Virus record (IMG/VR): IMGVR_UViG_3300022226_000005
Coordinates: 3,140-67,139 of that record
From: a virus
Length of the DNA: 64,000 nucleotides
Reading direction: 5' to 3' (one strand)
Under the pieces are notes generated by a model. It ran no database searches. It was not told the DNA's origin and was given only the letters and a program-made list of their open reading frames with translations. Shown here one piece after another: positions 44,705-53,040 of the stretch. The first letter of the stretch is position 1, and each line of letters begins with the position of its first letter. The position numbers and the translations under genes were made by a program.

Positions 44705-44776
44705 TGGTTGCGGGGGGTGGATTTGAACCACCGAGGTCCGGGTTATGAGCCCAGATTGAGACCGACCTCCCCCGCC
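44705..44776 (-). tRNA. Initiator-type tRNA-Met(CAT) with reduced D arm
   Basis: CTGGG-CTCATAA-CCCGG (three G-C pairs), 1:72 mismatch, T arm, encoded ACCA. Confidence 0.8.
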
Positions 44777-44863
44777 AGAATTTGCTCCGTGTTTGTTCGG
44801 CTGTCCTACAGCCACTCACCATCCGAGCAAGAAAATGAGAGGATCACGGCGTCCTTCGTGCTC

Positions 44864-44940
44864 TGGCTCCAAGAGCTGGGATCGAACCAGCGACCATCGC
44901 TTTAACAGAGCGGCGCTCTACCTGTCTGAGCTATCTTGGA
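44864..44940 (-). tRNA. tRNA-Asn(GTT)
   Basis: Canonical 77-nt cloverleaf with encoded CCA. Confidence 0.95.
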
Positions 44941-45162
44941 TTAATCTAGTTTACCGTACATGTACGATACCGGTTCGTCAAGCGAGAGGTCGAAATCGAC
45001 GTCGATGTCTTTGATTACTTCGGTGAGGATCTGTTTGATTTCGCTGTTTTTGTATCCGTCGACGGCGAGTCGTTCCTGGAGTTGTCGTTTTGCTTCGGTG
45101 TGCGTGGTTGCGTCGAGCATGTATTCGACATCAGTCAGTATTTTTGCTTTGACTTTCATCAT
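44941..45162 (-). CDS. Hypothetical protein
   Basis: GGAG SD; acidic C-terminus. Confidence 0.55.
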   Translation of the reverse strand: MMKVKAKILTDVEYMLDATTHTEAKRQLQERLAVDGYKNSEIKQILTEVIKDIDVDFDLSLDEPVSYMYGKLD

Positions 45163-45409
45163 TTTTGTGTTTCTCCAGTTCTTTACGAGCGAATTCTTCC
45201 TGAATTTCCAGGACGTGGCGGGCTTTGCCGATGTCTTCGATGTGCTTTTCGAGCCCGCCTTTGTTGCGGCGAAGGTATTTGTCAACTTTGCAGTATACAG
45301 CAGCTTGCAGGCCTTCGTAACCAAAGTTGTTGTATGTTGCTTCTAGCGGCTGCACTTTCATTGTTTTGTAGTGGTCGCCGCCGATTTGTTGGTCGAGAGG
45401 TGAGCTCAT
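45131..45409 (-). CDS. DUF3310-family protein
   Basis: QIGGDHY, QP, KY..R.K, EDIGKA. Confidence 0.85.
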   Translation of the reverse strand: MSSPLDQQIGGDHYKTMKVQPLEATYNNFGYEGLQAAVYCKVDKYLRRNKGGLEKHIEDIGKARHVLEIQEEFARKELEKHKNDESQSKNTD

Positions 45410-45648
45410 AGTGCTTTTTTCCGGTTGCCGAGGATTTGTATCGCTCGGGTGATTGTGTGTGCTACATGCTCACGCTTGAACACTTCTGCTCGCCCCACGG
45501 TGTTGATGTGACTGTCCAGGAAGTGCTGGAGCTCATCTTCGACAGTTTCGATTTCTTCGGCTGGCACAACAAATTCGAGCTGAATGGCGTAGCTGGTTTG
45601 GGTGCAGAGGGTTGCTGGAGTGTATTCCGTAATTGGCTTGGTAGGCAT
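45406..45648 (-). CDS. Hypothetical protein
   Basis: Packed ORF. Confidence 0.55.
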   Translation of the reverse strand: MPTKPITEYTPATLCTQTSYAIQLEFVVPAEEIETVEDELQHFLDSHINTVGRAEVFKREHVAHTITRAIQILGNRKKAL

Positions 45649-45799
45649 AGTGCGTAGACCTTTAGGTTGTGTTCAAGTTTGTAGCGACTGATTTCGCGTC
45701 GCCCTTCGTAGCGGCATTCTTCGAAGTACGAGGTGCTAGGTGCTTCGTGCAACGTCACTTCGGGGTTGCTGGCGAGAATTATGATGAGGGCGTAGTATA

Positions 45800-46231
45800 T
45801 CATGATTTCAGCCATTGACGAGTTTTCCAGCGGACGTTTGATTTTTTACTTTTCTCTCTTAGTTCAGTGGTATACCCGTCTGTTTCTTCTAGTATAGTGG
45901 TGGCTTTGCGCGCGGCGGATTCCAGTTCCGCGATGCGCTTGTCTTTTGTTTCACAGCTTTCCCATAAAAGAACTTTGTATTTCTCTGCCGCTTCCATTGC
46001 GGTGATGATTTCGTCCAACAAATTAGGCCAGCCCGCCTGTCCTTCTGCACGCATTTCTTTCTGGGCTGTAATAATTTGCGCTTTCAAGTCTTTATCTGTT
46101 GGCGTTTTTTGCTCTTGCTTTCTTTTATCCAGATCGATGAAAAAAGTTTCTCCCCGATTATCCATTGTTTTTTGCTCTCGCTCCATTCGCTTTATAGCTT
46201 CCTGCTCTGCTTGTTTTATTTGCCTACTCAT
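45800..46231 (-). CDS. Coiled-coil hypothetical protein
   Basis: Packed ORF, heptad pattern. Confidence 0.6.
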   Translation of the reverse strand: MSRQIKQAEQEAIKRMEREQKTMDNRGETFFIDLDKRKQEQKTPTDKDLKAQIITAQKEMRAEGQAGWPNLLDEIITAMEAAEKYKVLLWESCETKDKRIAELESAARKATTILEETDGYTTELREKSKKSNVRWKTRQWLKS

Positions 46232-46542
46232 TTCCTTGTCCTCGTTTTTCTGGCTATCTCGCCCAGTACATACGCCATTCCGCCAGCATCCCGATGCTTT
46301 TCAATCCTAGCTAAAGCCGCATCGAGACGTTTGTTCTCTTTTTCGGCACGAACAGCTCTGGTGTAATAGGCAGAGTTGTAGTTCATATTATTAGATAATG
46401 CTGCTTTTAGATTTGCGATGCGCTGCTTTGCCGCTTCCAGTGCGTCGGCTGCCGCATCAAAATCACCTGTTTGCAACCCGTGAGTAGACCAAGTTTTTTC
46501 AGCTTTTCGCAGCCGTTCAATCAATTCCTTATCCGTCGTCAT
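46228..46542 (-). CDS. Coiled-coil hypothetical protein
   Basis: ELIERLR...AADALEA pattern; GGGAG SD. Confidence 0.65.
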   Translation of the reverse strand: MTTDKELIERLRKAEKTWSTHGLQTGDFDAAADALEAAKQRIANLKAALSNNMNYNSAYYTRAVRAEKENKRLDAALARIEKHRDAGGMAYVLGEIARKTRTRK

Positions 46543-46559
46543 CTCCCGCCCTCGTTTTT

Positions 46560-46877
46560 TTAGCAGTTGGGCCAGGCGGTACACCATTCGTCTGAAGAAC
46601 CCTTCGAGGACGAAGTTCCATTACCCACAGATCCCCCCGAAGACGTGCCCGAGTTCCCGGAGTTTGTGCCTGTGGACGAGTCATCACCAGAATCTTCAGA
46701 CCCTGATCCCGAATCGCCGTCACTATCGTTGTCGTTTTTGCCATTGCCTTTTCCACCGCCGTGATTATCGTGGTCGTGTCCGTGGTTACTGTGACCTTTC
46801 GCACCAGCGAAAGCGGGCGGGAGTGTCGCGATACTGAGGCCGAGGGTGATGAGTAGCGTGATGAGTACATTTTTCAT
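46560..46877 (-). CDS. Secreted low-complexity His/Gly/Ser/Asp protein ending WCTAWPNC
   Basis: Signal peptide ending AFA; AGGA SD. Confidence 0.7.
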   Translation of the reverse strand: MKNVLITLLITLGLSIATLPPAFAGAKGHSNHGHDHDNHGGGKGNGKNDNDSDGDSGSGSEDSGDDSSTGTNSGNSGTSSGGSVGNGTSSSKGSSDEWCTAWPNC

Positions 46878-46909
46878 GGTGGTTCCTGTTTTGAGTGTGA
46901 GTGGGGAGA

Positions 46910-47227
46910 TTAGCAGTTTTCTTCTAGCTCTTCTACTAGTTTTCGGAGACCCACTACAAAGCGGGAGCCGGGGTCGTTTGATTCGCCGGTGAATATATCA
47001 GCTGGGTACTTTTCCAGGAATTTTTCGCTTATGCTTACGAATTCTTTGAAGTTGAACTCACGATTGCGCAGTTGTTTGATGTGTCTGATCTGTGCGTTAC
47101 GTACGTATTCGCTGTATTCTTCTTTCCAGATGATGACTTCGTCTTCTTGGAGCGGGCATGTGCCACGCAGGTTTTCACGCGACAGTGTGACCAGGTCTTT
47201 CCATTCTTTGTCGTAGTGGTGTTTCAT
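46910..47227 (-). CDS. Hypothetical protein
   Basis: ATGA overlap with upstream stop. Confidence 0.6.
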   Translation of the reverse strand: MKHHYDKEWKDLVTLSRENLRGTCPLQEDEVIIWKEEYSEYVRNAQIRHIKQLRNREFNFKEFVSISEKFLEKYPADIFTGESNDPGSRFVVGLRKLVEELEENC

Positions 47228-47415
47228 TTTTGTGGAGGCTCGACGTTGTCTGCTATACCTGTAAAAGCGATGGCTGAACACAGGGCTGCTATTAGTGTTA
47301 ATGTCCAGTAGCCTGGGTGGTCAGCATCTTGTGTCCATGCGTTAATGGCGAGGACCGATACTGATATCGATGTGAATATCGACAGGAAGAATGCTGTTGG
47401 GCCTGCGTTTTTCAT
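47224..47415 (-). CDS. Small membrane protein
   Basis: Two hydrophobic helices; ATGA overlaps. Confidence 0.6.
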   Translation of the reverse strand: MKNAGPTAFFLSIFTSISVSVLAINAWTQDADHPGYWTLTLIAALCSAIAFTGIADNVEPPQK

Positions 47416-47570
47416 AAGAAGAATTCTCTGATGTAAGGGTAAGCGGCCAGGAAGACCATGATACCGCCAGCAGTCCAGGCTAGCCATGGGATGTCCCATA
47501 CCATAGCTGCGATGTACGCCCCTATGATTGATAGCAGGACAATGTCGATGATGTCGATTTCGATAGTCAT
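47412..47570 (-). CDS. Small membrane protein
   Basis: Hydrophobic; ATGA overlaps. Confidence 0.55.
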   Translation of the reverse strand: MTIEIDIIDIVLLSIIGAYIAAMVWDIPWLAWTAGGIMVFLAAYPYIREFFL

Positions 47571-47719
47571 GACGCGTAGATTGCGTAGCCGTGGGCTATG
47601 CCACTGAGGATGAATGACCAGCCCCAGAGCTTCACTGACCAGTTGGGCAGGTTGTCTGGCTCCAGGATTATTAGGCAAATTGCCACGGATGCGAAGAGTA
47701 AGAAGGTGAATGTTAGCAT
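47567..47719 (-). CDS. Small membrane protein
   Basis: Two hydrophobic helices; GGAG SD. Confidence 0.55.
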   Translation of the reverse strand: MLTFTFLLFASVAICLIILEPDNLPNWSVKLWGWSFILSGIAHGYAIYAS

Positions 47720-47805
47720 ATTATTTAGTCTCCATGCTGTGTCACTTTCAAAGTGGCACAGCACCTCGTACGACGTGCAAAGTGCGTCGCGGGGGTTAGT
47801 CTAAA

Positions 47806-47820
47806 TGAGAATGATTCTCA
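47806..47820. promoter_or_regulatory. Fur-box-like 7-1-7 palindrome
   Basis: TGAGAAT-G-ATTCTCA. Confidence 0.4.
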
Positions 47821-47980
47821 ATAAAGCCGTTTTTGTGTCACTTTGAGGGGGTACTGTGCCACTTTGAACGAACCAAAGTGGCACAGTTTTGTTCTCACTT
47901 TGTTCTCACTTTTGGGGTGAACGCGAGTTTAAATAGGGAGTATAAGGTACTGTTTATATTGTATTTTATATTATACATAG

Positions 47981-48022
47981 AAGTACTAAGTACGAAGTAC
48001 GAAGTGCTAAGTGCGAAGTGCT
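47981..48022 (+). repeat. Six tandem heptamers AAGT(A/G)C(G/T)
   Basis: aagtact aagtacg aagtacg aagtgct aagtgcg aagtgct. Confidence 0.9.
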
Positions 48023-48144
48023 GTGCCACTTGTGCCACTTTGAAACGGGTTCTCGCCATGGAAATTATTTTTTATCTTTTTGTTGCTGTGGCTGGAAGTC
48101 GAACCAAAGTGGCACAGCTAGTACTTTACTTTAACTGTTAGCTG

Positions 48145-48157
48145 TAAGTTGTTGATT
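48145..48157 (-). promoter_or_regulatory. IHF consensus site
   Basis: Minus strand AATCAA-CAAC-TTA matches WATCAANNNNTTR exactly. Confidence 0.6.
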
Positions 48158-48158
48158 G

Positions 48159-48821
48159 TTACAAATCGTCTATTTCCCAGATTTCGGCGGTGTCTCCTTC
48201 GATAACCAAGACTTCGGAGGTGCGCCCCAGGCAATCAATCTGGAATGAGTTTCCTTTAGTAACGATGCCAGCTTTGGCGTTGTCAGGCCTATAATTTGAA
48301 TGACCCACAATTTGTCTTGTCTCAATTGGCTCAAACTCCTTCCACCAGTCGCACCAGTATAAACCACCGATTGAGTCCCGTCCGCCTCTTGCACGCCCAA
48401 TCTGATTGAAGCTTCCTTTAGCGAGGTATTCTTCGAGGGTTTCATTTCGGTCCTCTAGTAGTTTTGCGGATACACCAGCGTGAGAGATGAGCCAGTTATC
48501 TATCCATATGTAGTCCATGAGCGGGGTCATATCAACGCTCCAGTTGACCCGGTTTTGTAGTTCATATGAGTACCCGGAGCATTGCATTGTGGGGTCGAGG
48601 TAGCTCATTTCGTGGTTGCCGCGTAGGGCCCATACACGGTCGGGGTGTAGGCGCGCAGCGTTAGTGACGAGGTTGATTGTGTGCAGCTGTTCGAGCATCG
48701 AGCGATCGAAGCTATCGAGATAATCGCCGATAAACACTACCATGTAGCCTTTTTTGTCGAGGATAGTTTCGACGATTTCGTATTGGCCGTGGAGGTCACC
48801 TACTACGACTAGTTTTTTCAT
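48159..48821 (-). CDS. Calcineurin-like metallophosphoesterase
   Basis: GDLHG, GDYLD, GNHE, SHAG, VGHS. Confidence 0.92.
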   Translation of the reverse strand: MKKLVVVGDLHGQYEIVETILDKKGYMVVFIGDYLDSFDRSMLEQLHTINLVTNAARLHPDRVWALRGNHEMSYLDPTMQCSGYSYELQNRVNWSVDMTPLMDYIWIDNWLISHAGVSAKLLEDRNETLEEYLAKGSFNQIGRARGGRDSIGGLYWCDWWKEFEPIETRQIVGHSNYRPDNAKAGIVTKGNSFQIDCLGRTSEVLVIEGDTAEIWEIDDL

Positions 48822-49182
48822 GTGTTTTTCCTTTTATTTGGCGCAAGCGCCAAGCTTCATAAGCGCTTTGCTGTAGAATACAGAAGAAAGCGTATAGAGC
48901 AGCTAATATGTACCAGCCAGGCCATAATAGTATGCCGACTAGTATTGCGTCATATGTGATATCAACCCAACGCGGCAGGACTGTGAATGATGCTGAGTCT
49001 GTGTCGAACGTTTTGTCTGCCGCTCCTTCGTGCAGGAGTGCAAGGCTTGTTAAGGCGTAGAAACACACTAGGAAAGTGATGATGTGTTCGGCTGGTTCGA
49101 AGTTGTAGAATACAGCCATAATAGCTATAAATAGTACCGAGCCGTTAATGGCAGTCCAGCGGGCTATGAGTATAAGTTTCAT
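48796..49182 (-). CDS. Polytopic membrane protein
   Basis: Three to four hydrophobic helices. Confidence 0.65.
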   Translation of the reverse strand: MKLILIARWTAINGSVLFIAIMAVFYNFEPAEHIITFLVCFYALTSLALLHEGAADKTFDTDSASFTVLPRWVDITYDAILVGILLWPGWYILAALYAFFCILQQSAYEAWRLRQIKGKTHEKTSRSR

Positions 49183-49298
49183 GTGTTTTTCACCACGTGG
49201 TAGGTTATGAAGCTGATCATGATTACGACTGCGATGAGTGCAATGCAAGATGTGATGTCAGTTACCATTTTGTCTGTTAAGCATTCCATGGTGAGGTC

Positions 49299-51146
49299 CT
49301 ATTTTGAGTAGTTCTTTGCCCACCCACCTTCAGCTGCCAACGGTAAGTCGGGAGCCCAAGCAGGAGGCGTCGACATAACCTTATTGATGTAGGCGTAGAC
49401 GCCAGAGGCGTATTCTGTTTTGCAGATTGCGATAATCTCATCATGCGTGCTCGAGACCACCCTGATTTTGGCTTTCTGGTCGACCGTATAGATCTGCTCA
49501 GCGATGACGATGCGCGCCAGGGCCTGGATGATGTTCTCAAGGATTATTCCTCCGTAGAGTTTTTTACCTCCGTCGTAAACCCAAGATGCATCTTCTTCGT
49601 CCCACCGGAGGTTGTTGTAGTGTAAGACCATGCCGTTTGGGAGCGTGATCCCGCCGTGGCCAAATATGAGACCGTTGAATTCGTAAGGTTTACTATCTTT
49701 AATACGTGGTATAAGCGAGTTGAGCTTTTCCCACATCGCTTTTGTTTTTTCATTGACGGACCGCCATTTATTGACAGCGTTTTGTGCTTCTAGCTGGCTG
49801 AGGTGTACAGGAGGTGTGCCCATAAAGCCAAGTGCGGCATTAACGCGGAGCTTACGCCAACCCATGTTGTATCCAAGAGCCAGTTCGAGCATCTTCCCGA
49901 AGAATCTTTCGTGGATATGATCTTCTTTGTTACACTCATAACCGTAATGGTTACTAGCAGCATAAAGATATACATCCCCCCCGTTGCGAAGAATATCAAG
50001 CTTGTTGAGTTCCCCGCAAAACCAAGCGTTGAGGCGTAGCTCAATTTGAGCACTGTCAACCACAACCACACTGAACCCGTCAGGAGCGTAAATAGAACGG
50101 CGTAGTACACCACTAGCAGGGTTGTTAGGGTTGTATCTTGGGAGATTTTGAACATTTAAACCGTCCGCACCTGACCATCGGCCAGTGTGCGCTCCGTAGT
50201 AATTGAGGGGCATTGGCATAGCGCCTTTGAGCCCGATTTCATAAAAAGCGCGGGCCCTGGTCAGTTCAATGGTTGATTTGACCAAGGCCCTTGCTTCCCA
50301 AACTATCGCAAATTGCGGGTTGTCTACCTGCAGTTCTCTGTAGGCAAGGTCGGTTTGAGCGAAGGCGTAGGTAAGTTTCCCGGTTGGTTTACCAGTTACT
50401 TTATCCTTGCTTTTGCCCACCTTCATTGGCACTTTGAGGCCTTGAGACTCTATCCATCGTGCAAATTGCGGGTTTGATGACAATACCTTTTGGGACACTG
50501 GACATCGAGATAGTACGTCGTTGCGGTGATCTTCGAGGCGTTGTATTTCATCCGCCAGTAGATCTGTATCTAACTGGAGGACAGGCTCTGCTGCCATTCG
50601 TGCTGTGAGTGACATCAGATAGCGCTCCTGTTCGGGGAGCACGTCTTTTAGTAAGTCGTAAAGTTTGTATGTGAGTTCTACATCTTGTATGCAGTATTTC
50701 TTTAGGATTTCATTTTCTTCCTCCGTAAGTGTTCTCTTACCTTTTGTTTTATCGAGGCCGGTAAGTTTACCTTGTTTGACCCCGAGTATACGTATCGCAG
50801 AGTTCTCCAGAGTTTTTCGTTCTGAAGATGGAAGAAGCACGTTAGCAATTGATTTTGTGTCGAAGTACTGCGCAGGGCGATGGCCATAAACATCGTTGAG
50901 AATGAGCCCGTCGAATGTAAGGTTGTGGCCCACGAGGATGGAAGAACTCCATGAAACATTGCTGAGCGCGCTTCGTATGGATTCCGCAGTCTTGTAGTAG
51001 TGGGTTCGAGCCCTACCCACTTTGATTCCAACGCCTTGCACCTTGAACCTATCATCTCGTATGTAAAGCGCTGTTTTGATTTTTCTGAGTGAGTAGTCTT
51101 GGTCATAGTAGGTTTCAAAGTCAACAGTGACTGGTTGTAGTTGCAT
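49299..51146 (-). CDS. polA: DNA polymerase family A with 3'-5' exonuclease
   Basis: VDFET, HNLTFDG, YCIQD; TGRWS, QNLP, DSAQIELR, R...K...L...Y, HDE. Confidence 0.95.
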   Translation of the reverse strand: MQLQPVTVDFETYYDQDYSLRKIKTALYIRDDRFKVQGVGIKVGRARTHYYKTAESIRSALSNVSWSSSILVGHNLTFDGLILNDVYGHRPAQYFDTKSIANVLLPSSERKTLENSAIRILGVKQGKLTGLDKTKGKRTLTEEENEILKKYCIQDVELTYKLYDLLKDVLPEQERYLMSLTARMAAEPVLQLDTDLLADEIQRLEDHRNDVLSRCPVSQKVLSSNPQFARWIESQGLKVPMKVGKSKDKVTGKPTGKLTYAFAQTDLAYRELQVDNPQFAIVWEARALVKSTIELTRARAFYEIGLKGAMPMPLNYYGAHTGRWSGADGLNVQNLPRYNPNNPASGVLRRSIYAPDGFSVVVVDSAQIELRLNAWFCGELNKLDILRNGGDVYLYAASNHYGYECNKEDHIHERFFGKMLELALGYNMGWRKLRVNAALGFMGTPPVHLSQLEAQNAVNKWRSVNEKTKAMWEKLNSLIPRIKDSKPYEFNGLIFGHGGITLPNGMVLHYNNLRWDEEDASWVYDGGKKLYGGIILENIIQALARIVIAEQIYTVDQKAKIRVVSSTHDEIIAICKTEYASGVYAYINKVMSTPPAWAPDLPLAAEGGWAKNYSK

Positions 51147-51395
51147 TTAATCTGCCCATATGTAATGGATCTGGTAATCCTCTCCATCTAGTTGTTTTTC
51201 GTGGTTGAATTTGTAGTCAAACACGAAGCAAGATGCCACTGAGACACAGTTTAGATCTGTGTATTCTTTATTATTATACACAAGCCGCGCAGGTATTAAA
51301 CCTGTTGCTTGCTCACCATCATCATCGTACTTTTCGCCGAATTTGACATCACCTAGTAGTCGCCAATCGGCTAGTATTTGTTGTCGTGTTTTCAT
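51147..51395 (-). CDS. Hypothetical protein
   Basis: Packed ORF. Confidence 0.6.
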   Translation of the reverse strand: MKTRQQILADWRLLGDVKFGEKYDDDGEQATGLIPARLVYNNKEYTDLNCVSVASCFVFDYKFNHEKQLDGEDYQIHYIWAD

Positions 51396-51634
51396 TACGT
51401 ATTACTTACGCAGGTAGTTAGAGCTAAGATGGCTAACCATAACGCGCACCAACCCACCATATCAACTAGGCGTTTCATGGTTCTGTTGAAGTCTTGCAGC
51501 TCTCTGACTACAGCTGCTTTGGCTTTTATTTCTTCGGGTGTCATGGTATATCTCCCTGCGAGACCCACTTGGTCTCGGGGTTTTTGGGCAAAAAAATAGG
51601 CGCTACCCGTGTGGGTAGCACCAAAGGCGGGGAC

Positions 51635-51832
51635 TCAGTGGTAGCCCCAGGCAGTGTAGCAGCGGTCTTTTTCCTCATCTTCGGGTGACCGGTATACGGT
51701 GTCCGCGCCGTTTTCGGCGGGGTCGAAAGTGTCGAACTCGTGGTCGTTGAGCGCCATCATGAGTTCTGAGGCAACGGCCTCGTCTGTGGTTCGTATGACT
51801 TGGCCGGTAGGGCCGATGAATTCATAGATCAT
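51635..51832 (-). CDS. Small acidic hypothetical protein
   Basis: GGAG SD. Confidence 0.6.
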   Translation of the reverse strand: MIYEFIGPTGQVIRTTDEAVASELMMALNDHEFDTFDPAENGADTVYRSPEDEEKDRCYTAWGYH

Positions 51833-51855
51833 CGATTATCTCCAATGTACGATGG

Positions 51856-51889
51856 AAATGAAACTGCCCTCGACCGAAGCCGAGGGCAG
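51856..51889 (-). terminator. Intrinsic terminator with cUUCGg tetraloop
   Basis: Minus strand CTGCCCTCGGC-TTCG-GTCGAGGGCAG-TTTCATTT. Confidence 0.8.
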
Positions 51890-51896
51890 GGAGTGC

Positions 51897-52709
51897 CTAG
51901 TCTTCCTCGTTTTCGGGGAATACCTGACGTTCGATCAATGAGAGCTCTTCATGAGCTTCGAGGATCAGTTTGACTTGTCCAGCTTCCTTTGCTCGGACGG
52001 CGTCGTAAAAGGCACCATACTGGTTGACGGTTGCGCCTGGATCGCCCAGAGCCCATACCATCGGTCGGATGAGATCCTTGATGGTGAGTATGTCGCCGGG
52101 GCTGACCTTTGCCATTTCCGAGGCGGGGCAGTCGATCATGCTGATGACTGCTTTTTCCATTTCGGCTTGGTTCAGCCAGTCAGTTTTGTAACTGACGAAG
52201 GTTTCGGCGATGACTTTCTTGACGCCGGGATCATCAGTTGCAGCTGTGAGTGCTGCTAAGGCCTGACTATCCGAACGGTTGGTGACTCCGTTGCAGAGGC
52301 GTTTGCAGGCGTTCATGATCGCTTCCTGCATGTAGGTGGGCGAGCTCGGGACGAACTCGTAGTCGAGGGCCAGCGAGATCAAGGCCAGTGCAACAGCACC
52401 GCCATCACGTTCATCGCGGTCGTATTTCGGAGCAGTCAGGATAGACGACTCGGAGGCTTTGGACATCCAGCCGTTTTCGGACTGGGGTAGTTCGCCTGCA
52501 GCATCGCGACGAGCGGCGAAGAAGGCTTCACCTTGGTCGTTGCGTGCTTTCCATGCTGCTGCGTTGATGCCAGCACGAAACAGCTGAAAGCTGAGGCTGC
52601 GCTTGGCGAGCGGCGAATCATGGAATACAGGGTGGATCAGGTCGCTGCCCAGCTGTGTGAAATGCACGTTGTTGGGCATGTGTGCGTTGGTGTTGACTTT
52701 GTCGTTCAT
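51897..52709 (-). CDS. Early hypothetical protein, 270 aa
   Basis: GGAG SD; GC-rich third positions unlike neighbours; own terminator. Confidence 0.8.
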   Translation of the reverse strand: MNDKVNTNAHMPNNVHFTQLGSDLIHPVFHDSPLAKRSLSFQLFRAGINAAAWKARNDQGEAFFAARRDAAGELPQSENGWMSKASESSILTAPKYDRDERDGGAVALALISLALDYEFVPSSPTYMQEAIMNACKRLCNGVTNRSDSQALAALTAATDDPGVKKVIAETFVSYKTDWLNQAEMEKAVISMIDCPASEMAKVSPGDILTIKDLIRPMVWALGDPGATVNQYGAFYDAVRAKEAGQVKLILEAHEELSLIERQVFPENEED

Positions 52710-52813
52710 GGGTATCTCCATTGTTGACGATTAATGATCAGCAGTCAGTCTACTGATTTCACGAGTTTAACCAGTGGCTGAGCCCCGCGAGGCCCGGCCA
52801 CCGGTCGGTCGGT

Positions 52814-53038
52814 TTATTCTGCTTCTTCCATTATTAATTGGAGTTTATGATATGCAGCTACGAGTTTATCGACTGATATCAAAGTTGCCAGATTATCGAC
52901 TTCGACGAAGATGTTACTCGGCATTAAGAGTTTTTTGCCATTACATCCGTGGTCGATGGTCGTGCCGTATGTTCCGATGGTGATTTCGGGGTACGTATCT
53001 TTGCTTAGTTGGTATGGGCCTGAATGTATTTTAGCCAT
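52814..53038 (-). CDS. Hypothetical protein
   Basis: GGAG SD. Confidence 0.6.
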   Translation of the reverse strand: MAKIHSGPYQLSKDTYPEITIGTYGTTIDHGCNGKKLLMPSNIFVEVDNLATLISVDKLVAAYHKLQLIMEEAE

Positions 53039-53040
53039 GG

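Larger units (their letters stand above)
47737..48157. promoter_or_regulatory. Candidate replication origin: iteron-like inverted repeats, AT-rich tract, heptamer run, IHF site
   Basis: About eight copies of TGTG(C/T)CACTT(TG) in both orientations; perfect 13-bp IR 47854..47886; AT tract ~47940-47980. Confidence 0.6.

Noticed and set aside
44363-44815. 150-aa ORF spanning the tRNAs
   Set aside because: 5' part is tRNA sequence; true start is most likely ATG 44593
45462-45815. 117-aa minus-strand ORF with hydrophobic start
   Set aside because: N-half looks real but it overlaps 45406..45648 by 187 nt; boundaries cannot be resolved by eye
47737-48157. Possible CRISPR or mini-array
   Set aside because: Repeats are 7-13 nt, in both orientations and irregularly spaced, with no unique 25-40 nt spacers
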